Origin: Eledone cirrhosa
Lineage: Eukaryota
Direction: 5' to 3'
NCBI GenBank assembly: GCA_964016885.1
Contig: OZ024740.1
Span: 346,084,001 to 346,148,000 of the forward strand
Length of the DNA: 64,000 bases
In this document: positions 1 through 14,155 of the stretch, piece after piece
Layout: each line of letters starts with the position of its first letter
Position numbering within the stretch: position 1 is the first letter of the stretch
The notes under the pieces: generated by a model
Database searches by the model: none
Told to the model about the DNA's origin: nothing
The model's input: the letters and a program-made list of their open reading frames with translations, nothing else
Made by a program: the position numbers and the translations under genes

Positions 1-83
1 TGCACACACATACGCATATAGATTCACACACACACACAAAAACGAACACACACGGATGCACAAACAACCAAATACACATACAC

Positions 84-412
<329 letters not shown>

Positions 413-488
413 ATTTACCCGGACCCTATCTATATATGTATGTATGTATATATATGTATGTATGTATATATGTATATATGTATGTATG

Positions 489-545
<57 letters not shown>

Positions 546-550
<5 letters not shown>

Positions 551-950
551 TAAACGGAAAAGAAAATGCTGACAAATTGTTCCCACTGAAAAATAGTTTA
601 ATTAGGAATAAGTGAAAATTAGTAATAGTATTGGTTAGTATTCAGTTTTGGTTTTAAGTTTTACCGGTTGCGCATTTCTAATGCTTTTCAAAAATAACTT
701 TGATATAGAGCGCCCGTGATGTTTGCTCTAATCTGATTAGTTTTGGAAATTCTACCTGTTTTATGTGAAAAAAGTGGCTCCAGGTGTATTAAAATAAGTT
801 TCGCGCCAATTCGTGTTGCAAAAATGATTGTGGTCAAAACAATTTTGATTGGTCGGTAGAGGTCATGTGAATGTTAAAAATTGATTTTGCGCCAAATGTA
901 GGTTTGTGTCGGCTGATCGAGCAGTCACTGAAAAATAAGTCTTTCAAAAC

Positions 951-982
<32 letters not shown>

Positions 983-1073
983 AGTAGTAGTAAAGAGGTT
1001 CGTTTTTGTGATAATGGCCAGCAGGGATGTGTGTGCGAACCGCAGCCTGTTGACAGTTCAAATGCCTATTAAG

Positions 1074-1122
<49 letters not shown>

Positions 1123-1230
1123 GCAGAGTAATTCGTGGTAGAGGGATGGTCAGTAGGAATGTGTCTGTAAGTGTGTGGGGGATATTTTAATATGTTAAAA
1201 GATATTTTTCGGCTCTTGTCTTATACGGAG

Positions 1231-1270
<40 letters not shown>

Positions 1271-2781
1271 CTATTTGTATGTTAATGTACGCGTGTGTAT
1301 GTGTGTGTGTATATATGTGTGTGTGTGTGTATATGTGTGTCTGTGAGAATGTGTGTGTGTGTGTGTGTAGTGGACCAGTATTTTTGTGATACTGGTAAAA
1401 TGGGGTACATTATTCGATATTTTCAGTAAAAACGATTCTCTCAATAGAACATCAAAAACCTTAATAATAAAAGGTGTGAAATGATATATAGTATTGGCAT
1501 AATACCAAGGTGTGTGTGAGTGTCCAGATTCTACGTACTGCAAGGAGAATCCATTAGGTCTTGCCGTATTGAAATACTTGTGTACAAATATATTTGTGCC
1601 CATCAGTGTGCGATGCATTTGTGCGTTTATGTATGTGTGTGTGTCGGCACGTTTATATCTATAGACATCAAAAGGTATGCAAATTTGTGTATATTTGTGT
1701 TGCACTATAGAACATGTGTGTTTACGTATGTCATTGTGTTTATATGTGGATAGAGATGTATGCTGATGTAGGTATGTATGTTGACGTGTGTATGTTGTAG
1801 GTTCGTCTTAGGGAGAAGTGTTTAGACAGGGTCCTTATTTGTTAATAAAGTGAGATTCTTTGCTGATGCGCTGGGTGTGGGTGGCATTTTTAAATTTGTA
1901 GAGGGGAAATATTCTGAAGTTGGGATGATTTTGGGCGACAGAGGTATCAATGTGTTCACTCAGTGGTATTTTCCTATATTCCCATATTTTAATTTGGGAT
2001 CTATGGACAGTTATGCGTTGGCGGAGGCTGTTCTTGGTCTGGCCTATGTATTGTTCTCGACAACCTGAGCAAGTTAATACATATATTAGATTTTCTGATG
2101 CGCATGTGAAATTGTGTTTTACTGTAAAACGTTGTCCTTCTTTGAAATAGAATTCCGAACCCTCTATTAGGTTGATGGATATGCCACAGTTGGGTCTATC
2201 GCATTTTTTTACTGTGGGTTTCGTTGTTGTGGTTGGCAGTATTTTGGCATGTGTTAGGATGTTTTTCATTGACTTAGATTGTCTTTTGCTCTTTATGATA
2301 TCGTGTGTTCGTAGGATTTGGTTTATTCTATGGTCCTTTTTCAACACAGGGATGTTCTGGAGGATGGTGTCAAAGGCCTCATTGTTGAGAGGGTTGTGTG
2401 TGGAGATGTATGGAAGAGCTTTTAGTTTCGGTTGATTTACTTTAGGGTGTCTAAGGTCCTGGGTACTGAGTTTTAGGGTACGTTGGATTCCATTGTCAAT
2501 TAGTGATGCAGGGTAGTCCCTACCTATGAGTGTGTCCTTTAGTTCTTGTCGCCGTAAGTAGCAGGTGTTTTTATTGCAGACTATAATAGAGATTCTCTTG
2601 GCTAAGTAATAGGGAATATTAATTTTAACGTGTCTAGGGTGGCAAGCGTTGAAAGGAAGATATTGCTTGGAGTCTGTGGGCTTTTAGTATATGTCTGTTT
2701 CTATTTTTTTGTTATGGATCTTTATGAGGATGTCGAGGAAGGGGAGTTGTGATGGCTGTATTCCATCGTGAAGTTAATATT

Positions 2782-2785
<4 letters not shown>
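546..2785 (-). mobile_element. 5'-truncated Penelope-like retroelement (RT C-terminus + GIY-YIG endonuclease + 3' region) between two (TA)n tracts
   Basis: Minus-strand translation gives INFTME..LPFLDILI, TDIY*KPTDSKQYLPFNACHP..INIPY (PLE RT thumb) and CASENLIYVLTCSGCREQYIGQTKNSLRQRITVH (GIY-YIG). Assigning 546-1800 as the 3' part is inference from contiguity and the (TA)n flanks. Confidence 0.8.
1809..2785 (-). pseudogene. Penelope-like RT-thumb/GIY-YIG ORF fragment with stops and frameshifts
   Basis: ORF 1835..2347 contains LIYVLTC-x2-C-x3-YIGQT..LRQRI..H. Upstream frames contain KPT..QYL.F..CHP. Confidence 0.9.
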
Positions 2786-2839
<54 letters not shown>

Positions 2840-2984
2840 TGTGTGTGTGTGTAATAGAACCCTTGCCATATCTTTCTTTTTCCGTTTTTTAAATACTTTC
2901 TTATTTTACATTCCATTCTTTCTTCTCAATGTAAATTTCCTTTTTTTCATTTTGTATTAAATTGTATTTGCATGTTATCATCTG

Positions 2985-3890
2985 GTACAGGTAATTGATG
3001 ATAACCTCGGTTGCGGTAGATTTTGGAGAAAATCGGGCACCCTGCTAACTGAACGGAGAAACCTTGTATATGCAAAATGGAGTAGCCATAGTGTGAGGTA
3101 CTTTTGTTAAGACGGCGGCAATCCCTGCTGGGTCGCCAAGCTCTATAGGGTTTTGGCGCTTCGTGTAGAGGTGAAGACCAGGAACGGTTTGATCGATGAA
3201 CGATGCCCAAAGCTTCCATATTGTCAAATTTGACCTTCACAATAGCCAATTTGTATGGTCGTAGACGACATACAAGGTTGTGTACTGGAGAACTAGTGGT
3301 TGGAATGTAGTGCTTTACTCTGTGGTGAGTTGTGGATTGGGAGATGTCATGATCATGAGTTTCAGGTAATTCAAAAGGAATTCCGGGAACTCGTTCTTGG
3401 TCTTAGAGACGTTTGATATTTGAAAAGTCACACGTGCAGATATTGCCAGAGAAACAGAGGCATATTTACTGCTATTGACGAGTCGTCTCCCCCGATTATC
3501 GACCAGCAGTGAGTGAGCCCGAAGGAAGTCTGCTCCAATGATAGACTGATGGGCATCAGCGACGGTGAATGCCCATGTATATTACTATGAGCCTTTCTGT
3601 GGAGGGAGAGAGTACAGTATCTCTAAGCTTTGATTGTAGAATCATTGGCAGCTGCCACTGACTCCCCTTTCTATAACGGAAGTCGTTTGCAGATGCCGGG
3701 ATGAACTGACTTCTACCTCTGTGTCGATTAAGAATCTGACTTGAGATCTGATCATAGACATACAGGAGAGTTGATCCTGTTTGCCGACCACCAGGGTGAT
3801 AATTGGAGTCGATCATGAAGAGCTATTGAAGTTACATGGTTACTTGGTATATGTAGCTTCAAATTTCTTGTGAAAGAAACACATATCACT
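2985..3890 (-). pseudogene. Decayed Gypsy (Ty3) LTR-retrotransposon gag-protease-RT fragment
   Basis: FLIDTEVEVS (decayed DTG protease motif). MEALGIVHRSNRSWSSPLH..PKP..WRPSRDCRRLNKST..FSKI....GYHQLPV matches the Gypsy RT N-terminal motifs WSSPL/WRPCGDYRRLN/FSKIDL..AYHQIPV. Confidence 0.85.
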
Positions 3891-4179
3891 TTACGTGACC
3901 TCATTGACCTGTGGTTGACCTTGTGGTGTTAATTCTCCCTCATTACACCCCTTTCCGCCTCTTTTCCACACTTTCACACTTCGTATACCTCTTTACCCCT
4001 CTTCCCTACTTTTCCCCATTTTTTAAACTATCTTTCTCTATCTTTAACCTGCTTTCTTCCCTCCTCTTTTCCATCCTTCCTTCCCTTGAAGTTTTTTCCT
4101 CCCCTTCTTCCACTTCTGCCTCTTCCAAGCCATTCTTTCCCTACCACCCTTTACTCTACTTCGTACCCTTTCCTCCCGT

Positions 4180-4885
4180 TTTTACTTCACCCACCACATT
4201 ACCTACCATTTTACCCACTATCATTATTTTACCCACATTTTTAATTGGGGGAATCCGTTTTTATTTGCGGGGTCCGTTTCTTATTTGGGGTGGTGGGTGG
4301 TGGGGGGTGGGTCTGTTTTTATTGTGTGTGTTGGAGGCGTTTATTATTTAATGGGGCATCCGTTCTTTATTTGAGGGGATCCGTTTTTTATTGGGGGAAT
4401 CCGATTTTTAATTCGGGGTCCGTTTCTTTTATTTGGGGTGATCTGTTTTTTTTTATTTCGGGGGATCCGTTTTTTATTTGGGGGTCCTTTTTTACCCACA
4501 ATAATTATTTTACCTACCATTTTACCACAATAATTATTTTAGCCACCACTTACCCACACTAATCATTTTACCCACACTTACCCACAATAATTATTTTACC
4601 TACAATTTTACCCACAATAATTATTTTACCCACCACTTTACCCACAATAATCCACCAATTTACCCACCGTTATTATTTTACCCACAATTTTACCCACGAT
4701 AATCATTTTACCTACCACTACGAACAATAATCATTTTACCCACCTATTTACCCACTATAATCATGTTATCCACCTTTTAACCCACAATAATTATTTTACC
4801 TATCACTACCCACAATAATTATTTTACCTACCACTTTACCCACAATAATTATGTTACCCACCTATTTACTCACAATAATTATTTA
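4180..4885. repeat. Composite minisatellite: ~19-20 bp GGGGATCCGTTTTTTATTT units, then ~25-30 bp TTACCCACAATAATTATTT units
   Basis: Degenerate tandem units visible directly at 4245-4490 and 4490-4885. Confidence 0.85.
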
Positions 4886-5194
4886 TTATGTGTCCAGCGA
4901 TTCTTTACTGAGAGATTCTAACCACATGCTCATAATATCAGAGTTGTGATCTCTCAATTCGGAGAAGTATCGGCTCTACCAGGAGGGACTCTCTGGTCTC
5001 TGAGCTATGCACTTTATCGAGTAACGTTACTCCAAAGAGCCTTCGGGGGAATCCTATTTCTGCCACATTCATTTGCAATTGTATTCTTTTGGTCATTACT
5101 CAAGATTTATGATCTCGGTAAGTGTTGGCAGGAATACCAGGAAGACAGCGAGTTTGGCTTTTACACTTACCCCCCCCCCTCTCTCATCTGATTG

Positions 5195-5311
5195 CTGAAT
5201 GCTGAGGCTGGCGCATTACTGCATCAGCTCTTGCAATTCTTGCACTTAATTCAGCCTCCTGTATTCCATCACTCATGAACACGGCTCCAAGATACTTGAA
5301 CTTCTCCAACT
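5195..5311 (-). pseudogene. Short RTE-type LINE RT C-terminal fragment
   Basis: Minus strand reads QLEKFKYLGAVFMSDGIQEAELSARIARADAVMRQ (FKYLG...DG....E+..RI..A thumb motif). Confidence 0.7.
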
Positions 5312-5832
5312 GGCGAGAGCTACAGCATCCGTAGCTGAACGGAACAAAATCCTAAAATACCGTGTTCTGTCAGCTAACTACATTATCCAGCCTGTGGCGT
5401 TCGAGACGTTTGGGGAAGTCGGACTACTGACAGCGAGATTCTTATCTTCACTGGCGGCTCACCAATCAGAGGTAACTGGTGATGCTCGTGAGGGCAGTTG
5501 GTTGTTCCAGCACCTCAGCCTTGCCATCACCCCAGGTAACGGTGCGAGCGTGCTGACCTGCCTCACAAATTATTAGGGAGGTTTCCCTGTGCTCCTCGCT
5601 ATATTGCTATCTTTTGTTCTGGTAGCGGCTCATTTCCCACTCTTTCGCCTGCTTATTGTTCTGTGGTTTCAGATGTGTGTATTACCTGCTTGTGTATTTT
5701 TTCTCTTTCTTTTTTTTTTCCCCTTTCCTTTGTATATATTATATTTGTTAGTGTTTTCGTTCTGTAACCATTATATTAAAAAGTTTTTTTTTAAAAGAGT
5801 TAATAAATAAATAAAGACGTTATAAATAAATA
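5312..5832 (+). mobile_element. 5'-truncated CRE-like RLE non-LTR retrotransposon 3' end with 3' UTR and (TAAA)n tail
   Basis: AASVAERNKILKY....QPVAFETFGEVG..TARFLSSL.....TGDAREGSWLFQHLSLAITPGNGASVL resembles the CRE-clade C-terminus (P.A.ET.G..TGD.RE..FL.QRLS.A.QRGNA). T-rich UTR and TAAA repeats follow. Confidence 0.75.
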
Positions 5833-7099
5833 AAACGTTATACTTGTTTTACCCTCCCATTTCCAATTTCACCGATCACTGCTATCATGACTATGTGTGT
5901 GTTTGTGTAAATGTATATATGTGAATGTGTGTATGTTTGTGTGAAAGTATGTGTGAATGTATGTGTATTTGATTGATTTATGTCTGTGACGGTGTATTTT
6001 TATAAGTTTGTGTTTGCACGATTATAGTTATATACTCATACATATAGATGTATGTGCACACTCATACGAGTCAGCGTGTAGAAACTCATAATCTCTTTAT
6101 CTATCTCATCACACACTCTTTCTCATTCTATTATATATTGTAGTTGAAATGGTGGTGGTGGCGATGATATACCGGAAGTGCAACTTTGAAAAGAAGTCAA
6201 TTTAAAATTATTTATTTTTACGAAATGTTTTATGTTTACGAAATTCAGTACATAATTTATGTAATATTCATTCATTATTTATTCAAAGTAATCCAACTTA
6301 TTTTACTAACTGGATTAAAAGAATTAAACCGTACGCAGTCCCGCAGACCTTCCAATTATTTGCTGTTAATACACTGTACTCGAGATTTTCAACTTGATTT
6401 GTTGACTTGAGAGGGTGTTTAACAGATATTTATTCACACAAGGTCAAATGAACTCCGAGCCAGCGTTTAGCGTAAATCAGGTTTGTAGGCGAATCCTCTC
6501 TTTGAAGTGGTTAGAAAAGGAGGCGTAAATGTTTAAAATAAATAAAAATAATAATAATAAATAAAGTAAAATAAAAAACCTCAATACTACTGAGCTATTA
6601 CAAGCAGAAATTCTAAAAGTGTTTCCCACTTAAAATTTACATTTGGTTGAAGGTCAACACTTCTATTCAATAGTATATTAGTTGTAGGTATGAACAATGA
6701 ATTTCTATTACTATTCTTTTTGATCCAGAGTTCAAAGATCATATTGTGAAATCTTCAATCTTATTACAATGGATAATTTAATATACTTTTGGAATACAAA
6801 ATAATTGTAACTGTTTTCTTCGGCATGTTTAATACATATTTTTATTCCTTTTAATATTTTAGTTGTGTGTAAAATAATATAACTTATTGATATCAGTCTG
6901 TTTCAATTTCAATTCATGATTTATTATACAAATTGTTTGTTATGTTTGTTGTTTCTTCTGTTATAAAACATAAACATATATTATATCACTACATTTGTAT
7001 GCATGTATTTTCTTTACTGACCACATGTTTCGGTATCTAACTTTTACGTCTTCCTTACTTATGATATTCCAATATCAAATGTTTCACATTGTCTTCATG

Positions 7100-8830
7100 T
7101 TTTGTTTCATAGAATAATATCAGGGTTCAGACATTCAATCATATTTTCGACATAGAATGCTAAAATCCAAAATGATCATGATCCCATTGGACTTCATAAT
7201 ATAACACGTTTATTTAATTTCTCTTCTATATAATTCCTAGTAAGCGATCAATCTAATATTATTGTTATTTCCCTCATAATTCTTCCGGTCAATTTAATAC
7301 ACTTAATTGTCAAATGTACTAGATATCTCTAGATACTATCACTTATTCAATATCATAAATATTCATATTTGTCTCTATATATCATAGAATATGGTGTTGT
7401 TTATTCCAAGACTCGTTTCCTTCGCTGCCATGATCGATGATACAGGTTTTAGATAATATTTTTAAATATCCTAATCTGAGGAGAAAAGCTAGCTGCAAGG
7501 ACACCTTTTTCATTTTTTTGTGTGATGACAGTCCGAATTCTTGCAACAAAGACTTCGAGTAAAATACTTTAAAAAATGGTAATAGAATTAGGCAATTGAT
7601 TATCCCCTTCATTTCTCGATTTATTTAAACCTCACATTCTCTCATTTAAGTACTAAACCAACTTGCATCGGTTCCATGCCAAACTGTGTCCTTACGACAA
7701 TTTAGCTATCATTGAAATATTTTCGAATCATACACGTTTTAGTATTCATTCCTGTTGTTTCAAATTCTTCTAACAAAGTTTCCAGATTATTGCAACACTA
7801 TGCCATAGGTTTTCCTCGTTCTGCATACTTGTATACGTTCTTCACTAATTAATTACTTCAGTATCTCCTTTGCATGGCTTTTATATAGACAATGTAATAA
7901 TATTTGAGGCATTGTTGAACATATATAATGTTTTGGTTTTTCTAATCCTCACACAGATTTACTTTAATACACATATGGATTTCTGCACTATACATCAAAA
8001 GAGAAATGCTCCTAGTCTTTCTTGGATGCATACACATAATGATTAATAGCTTCAGATTTAACCAATAATTTCAGCCTCCTGAATATTGCTTTCTACATAT
8101 TGTCCTTTTCCTTAACATTAGCTAAATCCGTCATGCCTAAATATTTATAGCCTTGTGTATATACCTGCTTTAATACTTTTTCCAGCCAGTTTCATATTTC
8201 CACTATAAAATTCCTATATTATTTAGTCCTAAATTCCCAATTTGTTCACGATTTACAGTTTGCACTAACGAGTACGCTTGATCGTTTCTTTTTTTCTGAA
8301 AGCTTTCACGTTGTCCATAGAGCGAGTAATTGTGTTCATGCTGCATGCTTTTAAGAGCAGTATAATATTCTTAGGATCAACATTGAAGTTATCACAAATA
8401 TATAAGTTGAACGGAACGAATGTTTACTCTGAAATAACCAACTTATATTTAATAGAGAAGCTTAATTGTGGTTGTTATTTAATCATGGTTTTTACTAACA
8501 ACCTTTTTATGAGTTGCCTCTATCCCAAAGATATAAAAACATTTTCTTGTTCGGATGTGGCAACCGGGTATGGAAATGTATAAGCTATTTTGTAATGGAT
8601 CTATATAACGGCTGGATTTTTATATCACTTTCTGCACTATTGGAATATTAATTTATCTATCAGTAATATATATTTACAATCCCTAACATCGTTACCAAAG
8701 TTTTTATCATTAATTTAGGAAATATTTTCTGCTCCAGTGGTGACATACTAAATATGTCTCAATAATTCCTATCTAATTGGAAGCATATTAGATGTCTAAA
8801 ATTCTCAGCTACATTAAATTTGTTCAATCA
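7100..8830 (-). pseudogene. Highly decayed R4/Dong-like LINE relic
   Basis: Scattered minus-strand remnants in the expected order: PLEQK, LLIDK, an IDYKKAY-like stretch, and NYSL/MDNVKAF (NHLLYMDDLKLF-like). No continuous ORF. Confidence 0.45.
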
Positions 8831-10295
8831 TTTTCCTTCAGCAATTTGAATATCCTATTTTATATCATAAGTGAGTGTGAGAGTCTCCACATGGTCGTTC
8901 AAATTGCTGAAAGCCGTCTTACAAATATATCATAATGTATATCGTAGTCGGGAGGGCACTTCGTGTTTGATTGAAATATAAAAGCAACACATCTGAAACA
9001 CATACGATTATATACTTAGTAAATAAAATCTACCAAATAAAGTCTGCGCTGGGACCAAGCAACAGCAACAAACTTGAATCATTTGTTCTCTGATAGCAGG
9101 AAGTTCCATTTTGTGAATTTAAAAATCATTGTATCTTTTTATGCCAAAAAAAAAAAAAAAGACAATATATATACTGAATAATCTGAAATATTCAATGAAG
9201 TTATGTATAGAATTCATATATTATAAAATTTAGCTTGATTTGAAAACAGGCGAAATATGTTATGTATTCGTATGTGAATATGTGAATATTATAATATTAT
9301 AATAATATAATATCATATTATTCATATTCGATTTGTTTACAAGTAAACAGCCTCATCAAACACCACGTGGTAGATGACAACGCCATCCATTTGTTCCAGC
9401 GGCGGCAGCTGAGAGAAACCAATTGACAATTGATTCGGAGTGTCCTGCTCCTTGGCAAGATTGTGCATTCTCTCGTCTCTGCTACCCGCTGGAACTGCTG
9501 AGAATACATAATATTCTCAAATGTATACATCTGCTAATTAGTCTCATTTGCATACCGAGCCATTTTACGGCCAGCTTTGCCTACAAGTTAACAAAAAAAA
9601 AAATTGTTTCCGCTCTTAACGTGGTGGATACCTAAATGTATTAGTGAGTGAATAATAATTTCTATATCTCACAATGGTATAGAAATTCGCCAATTGTTCT
9701 CTCAATATATGTAATTAGTTTAGTCACTATCACTATTTGGATGATGAAAATCCCAAATCAAACTATGTAAAACCATTTCCTTTTTAATATCACTATGGAT
9801 AGCAAATGTTGTGAACTGGTATATGTCCATAAAGGCAACTTAGATCAACATAAGTTATCAACTACTGATTTATCTGCAAAATTATATTAATTAAAACTAG
9901 AAATACAATTTAATTTCGGTTACGCTCAAATTCTAGCACAAACATATATTTATCTCTAAAGAGCCTCGAATTTTATTCGTTTAATTCGGAACATCGTTTG
10001 GAGTTCGATTGCTGTGTGGCATCTTCAAATGATGAAATAAAATCTGCAACTATCATGATAGATTTGATCCTTTTTGTGTGACAAAAATGATAATAGATTG
10101 AAGTTTATTAAAACAACTCGTTTTGGCATATTACTTTTAAAGTTAAAGAATTATATAAGTGTAAAATATGCTGTTGGTGCATAACTGATAAGTTATTTTG
10201 GTCTAGATTTAACATATCAGGAATCATGCATCTAGAAATATTAGTTTTTTAATTGTACCAAAGCAACATCTGGTGTTGCCCTGGCCCAATGAAAC

Positions 10296-10333
<38 letters not shown>

Positions 10334-10342
10334 CAGAGAGAC

Positions 10343-10375
<33 letters not shown>

Positions 10376-10667
10376 GTTGTGTGTGATTTTTAAACTATAA
10401 TGGAATAAGAAAAACTATTTGAGTTATTAATAAATGGTTTTAAGATCGATATAGAAAGCAACAGTTTCTACACTCTTGTACAGACACATTCACACAGAGA
10501 TGCAGAGAGAGAGAGGGGGGGGGGGGGGTGAGTCACAGACAGTCACAAATATATCTTCTCTTAACCCTTCATTAGTCATCTCTCCATTGAAAGTGAAGCA
10601 CCTATAATTGTTATCGCTTGAACCAATTCAACTGTGAGGAAGCTAGTCACACATAGTTTGGCAATGT

Positions 10668-10726
<59 letters not shown>

Positions 10727-10728
<2 letters not shown>

Positions 10729-11595
10729 AATGAAAATGGCGTGCTATGTTGTTGCAAATATGATATACAAATTAGAATGAAGAATTAGAAATATTACAAT
10801 CCATCATCTGTGATCTACTAGCAATCACAGGTATTTCTTCGCATTAAAGACCAGATACCTCAGGCTAGCGCGAACAATAACTAAAATAGTTATTGGGATA
10901 AAAAGAATTGGGTGGAGAAAGAGAGGCGGGTAAACAAACATGAATCGTGACGCAACGTAAAGAAAAGAAAAAATGAGAAAATCAAGTCAATGATTCATTT
11001 GAACATAAGAACTTGCGAATATTGACAAGAAGCCGAGAGACACACCCCAACCATGCGAAAGTAAGCGATGAAAGAATTACGCACGGTGTGGGACGATGGA
11101 GGGAGTGAGAGAGAAGGTGAGTAGCAGAGAGTGAGTGAGTGAAAGTGTGAGGAAAAGGCTAGCCGAGAGAGGGTGACTAGCAGAGCCGGTGCATGAAATT
11201 AATAGAGAGAAGGAGAGAGAAGGGGGAGAGAGAAAGATGATAACAGTAAGGGAAGAGAGAAAGACAGGACCCAGCGAAGGGGAAAGCATATAGGAATGAA
11301 AAATAGCGTGCTGTGCTGTTGCAAGTGTGATATACAAATTAAAATGAAGAATTAGAAATAGGACTATCCATCATCAGTGATCTACTAGCCATCATAGGTA
11401 TTTCTTCGCATTAAAGACCAGATACCTCAGGCTAGCGCGAACAATAACTAGAATAGGTTATTGGGATAAAAAGAATTGGGTGGAGAAAGAGAGGCAGGTA
11501 AACAAACATGAATCGTGACGCAACGTAAAGAGAGGAAAAAATGAGAAAATCAAGTCAATGAGTCATTTGAACATAAGAACTTGCGAATATTGACG
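10727..11595. repeat. Pair of ~305 bp direct repeats (10727-11030, 11292-11595) separated by a purine-rich spacer, abutting (TA)n
   Basis: Both copies run from AGGAATGAAAA..GCGTGCT to CATAAGAACTTGCGAATATTGAC and are highly similar by eye. Confidence 0.9.
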
Positions 11596-11684
11596 AAAGT
11601 AAGCGAGGAAAGATGGGGGATGATTATTATATATATATATGAAAACATTGCTAAACTATACGTGCTATTTAAAATATGCTATTT

Positions 11685-11779
<95 letters not shown>

Positions 11780-11780
<1 letters not shown>

Positions 11781-12660
11781 AATATAAATTGAGCGAGTAT
11801 CGCATTTCGGCGGGTAGAAAAAGCGAAACATAACGCAAATGCAGAATCATGCTGGCAAGCGCTCCAATGGCTAAAAAACCAGAGCTATAAACATAGGTTA
11901 TAAACATAGGTTATAAACGCCATACAAACCGAGAAGGCTGTCAAGAAGCCATTAACCACCTAAGCCAAAACACAAGTCAAGCTAAACTGGTCAGACAAAA
12001 TAAATGACATAATCATTCATATATATATACATAAACACATATATATATATATAACAAACATGGACCCTTGGAATTGATGGTAAAATCCAATAACATGGTT
12101 TCTGTGACACCTATATCAATAATACTGTCAGCTTAAAACCATACGCTTTTGGTATAACGATCAAACGAGGAATATCACGCTATCAACAGGTATTTTGCAC
12201 TGCGCCAGTATTGTGGATGACGTAGTATTTTGTAAAAGCACATGTGTAACTCACAAGGGGAAAAACCCCAGAATTTGGCAAATGAATTCAGTATGTGTAA
12301 ATCATGCAGAAAAATTGCATAAATAGCACAAATCGAATCAGCACTCAACCAGGTAATTTTTAAAATAAACTTATTCAATTAATCTGTCAATATAATTATT
12401 AACAGGTTAATTGTAAGACTCGGGAGATTAATACAAATATAAATTCAGCGAGAATCGCATTTCGGCGGGTAGAAAAAGTGAAACGTAACGCACATTCCGA
12501 GTCATGCTGGCAAGCGCCCCCATGGCTAGAAAACCAGAGCTATCAACATAGGTTAAAAACGCCATACAAACTGAGAAGGCGGTCAAGAAGCCATTAACCA
12601 CCTAAGCCAAACAACAAGTCAAGCTAAACAGGTCAGACAAAATAAATGACATAATCATAC
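11780..12660. repeat. Pair of ~230-240 bp direct repeats (11780-12020, 12437-12660) around a ~400 bp core; same family as 189-412
   Basis: Direct sequence comparison. Confidence 0.85.
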
Positions 12661-12682
12661 ATATATATATGCATAAACATAT

Positions 12683-12802
<120 letters not shown>

Positions 12803-12960
12803 AGAAGATCCCGTTAAGGGTGAAAGCACCGATTCTTTGCTTAAACTTTAATCTGTTATTTTAATAAATATTTGCTCTACGGTTTCATATATGTTATATA
12901 TATACAATCCTTATCTTCACATTTATTATTATTACTATTAATATATATATATATATAATA

Positions 12961-14017
12961 AATATTTTAGCACAGAATCAACGAAGCTTTTGGATGCAGC
13001 CATGCTAACGAATGCAGTTTCGGTGTGCAGCTAAACACTCAATAGGGAATAATCCCACGGGCCGCAGTGACCATAGCGACGAAGAAAACCGAACTCAGGA
13101 AACATTTTTGACTGACCTGGTCCATCGCGTTAATATCATAGACAACACATAATATATACCATACAATATACATAACATATAATATATAACATCTCCACTA
13201 GGTTTCTGTAAATCCGAAATCGACAAAATCCACTTGCAGGGGTCTGCAAGTTAATGGTTTTTGTCGACAGAACAACGGAGTTTACTTCGTCAACAAGTTT
13301 TTCATTCTGGACCTCGCGGGTGTGCGTTCTAGCAGTAAGCACCGCTATAAGACACATGGTTTTCCCAAAGGGAGGTAACCCCCGGTGTTGGCGGTCAATT
13401 CGAAATGTGGAACAAAGGAATAAAATTCCCTTACACAAACCGAATTAAGCACACAACTAGAAGTTATGAAACAAACATAAACAATTATTCAATCAATAGA
13501 ATTGTCTAATTAAATTAATCAATTAATCGTTAATTCTAGGAGTTAATAATACAAATTTTAGCACAGCATCAACGAAGCTTTTGGATGCAGCCAAGCTAAC
13601 GAATGTAGTTTCGGTGTGCAGCTAAGAACTCAATAGGGAATACTCCCTAGAGTTATAACATTACGTTTAGACATCTTTGCAAATCAGATACAGCGACCGA
13701 TAGACGGGCTGCAGTGACCATAGCGACGAAGAAAACCGAACTCAGGAAAAATGTTTGACTGTCCTGGACCATCGCGTTAATATCATAGACAACACATAAT
13801 ATATACCATACAATATACATCACATATAATATATAACATCTCCGCTAGGTTTCTGTAAATCAGAAATCGGCAAAATCCACTTGCAGGGGTCTGCAAGTTA
13901 ATGGTTTTTGACGACAGAACACAGGAGTTTACTTCGTCAATAAGTTTTTCGTGCTGGATCTCGCCGGTGTGCGTTCTAGCAGTAAGCACCGCTATAAGAC
14001 ACAAGGTTTTCCCAAAG
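12961..14017. repeat. Pair of ~410-470 bp direct repeats (12961-13372, 13553-14017); the second copy has a ~55 bp extra segment
   Basis: Both copies run from TTTTAGCACAG..ATCAACGAAGCTTTTGGATGCAGCC to GGTTTTCCCAAAGG. Confidence 0.9.
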
Positions 14018-14119
14018 GTATATATATGTATATAAAAGGTAAACAGAAATAACAACACAATCGGTACAGTATATGGAAGGTATATAGTAGGTTAAAGCTT
14101 GATATAGCAAGAAAGAAGG

Positions 14120-14155
14120 TCTTAACATTTCGGACGATAGTCCTTCATCAGAAGA
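14120..14155 (-). ncRNA. Minimal type I hammerhead ribozyme motif (PLE-type)
   Basis: Minus strand: TCTT-CTGATGA-A-GGAC-TATC-GTCC-GAAA-TG-TT-AAGA. Stem I is TCTT/AAGA, stem II is GGAC/GTCC, stem III is minimal. It lies in a repeat whose end (14030-14095) recurs inverted at ~42984-43045. Confidence 0.7.

Noticed and set aside
4180-4885. Regularly spaced short repeats that could suggest a CRISPR-like array
   Set aside because: The units are contiguous and degenerate with no unique spacers, there are no cas genes, and the context is eukaryotic. It is a minisatellite.
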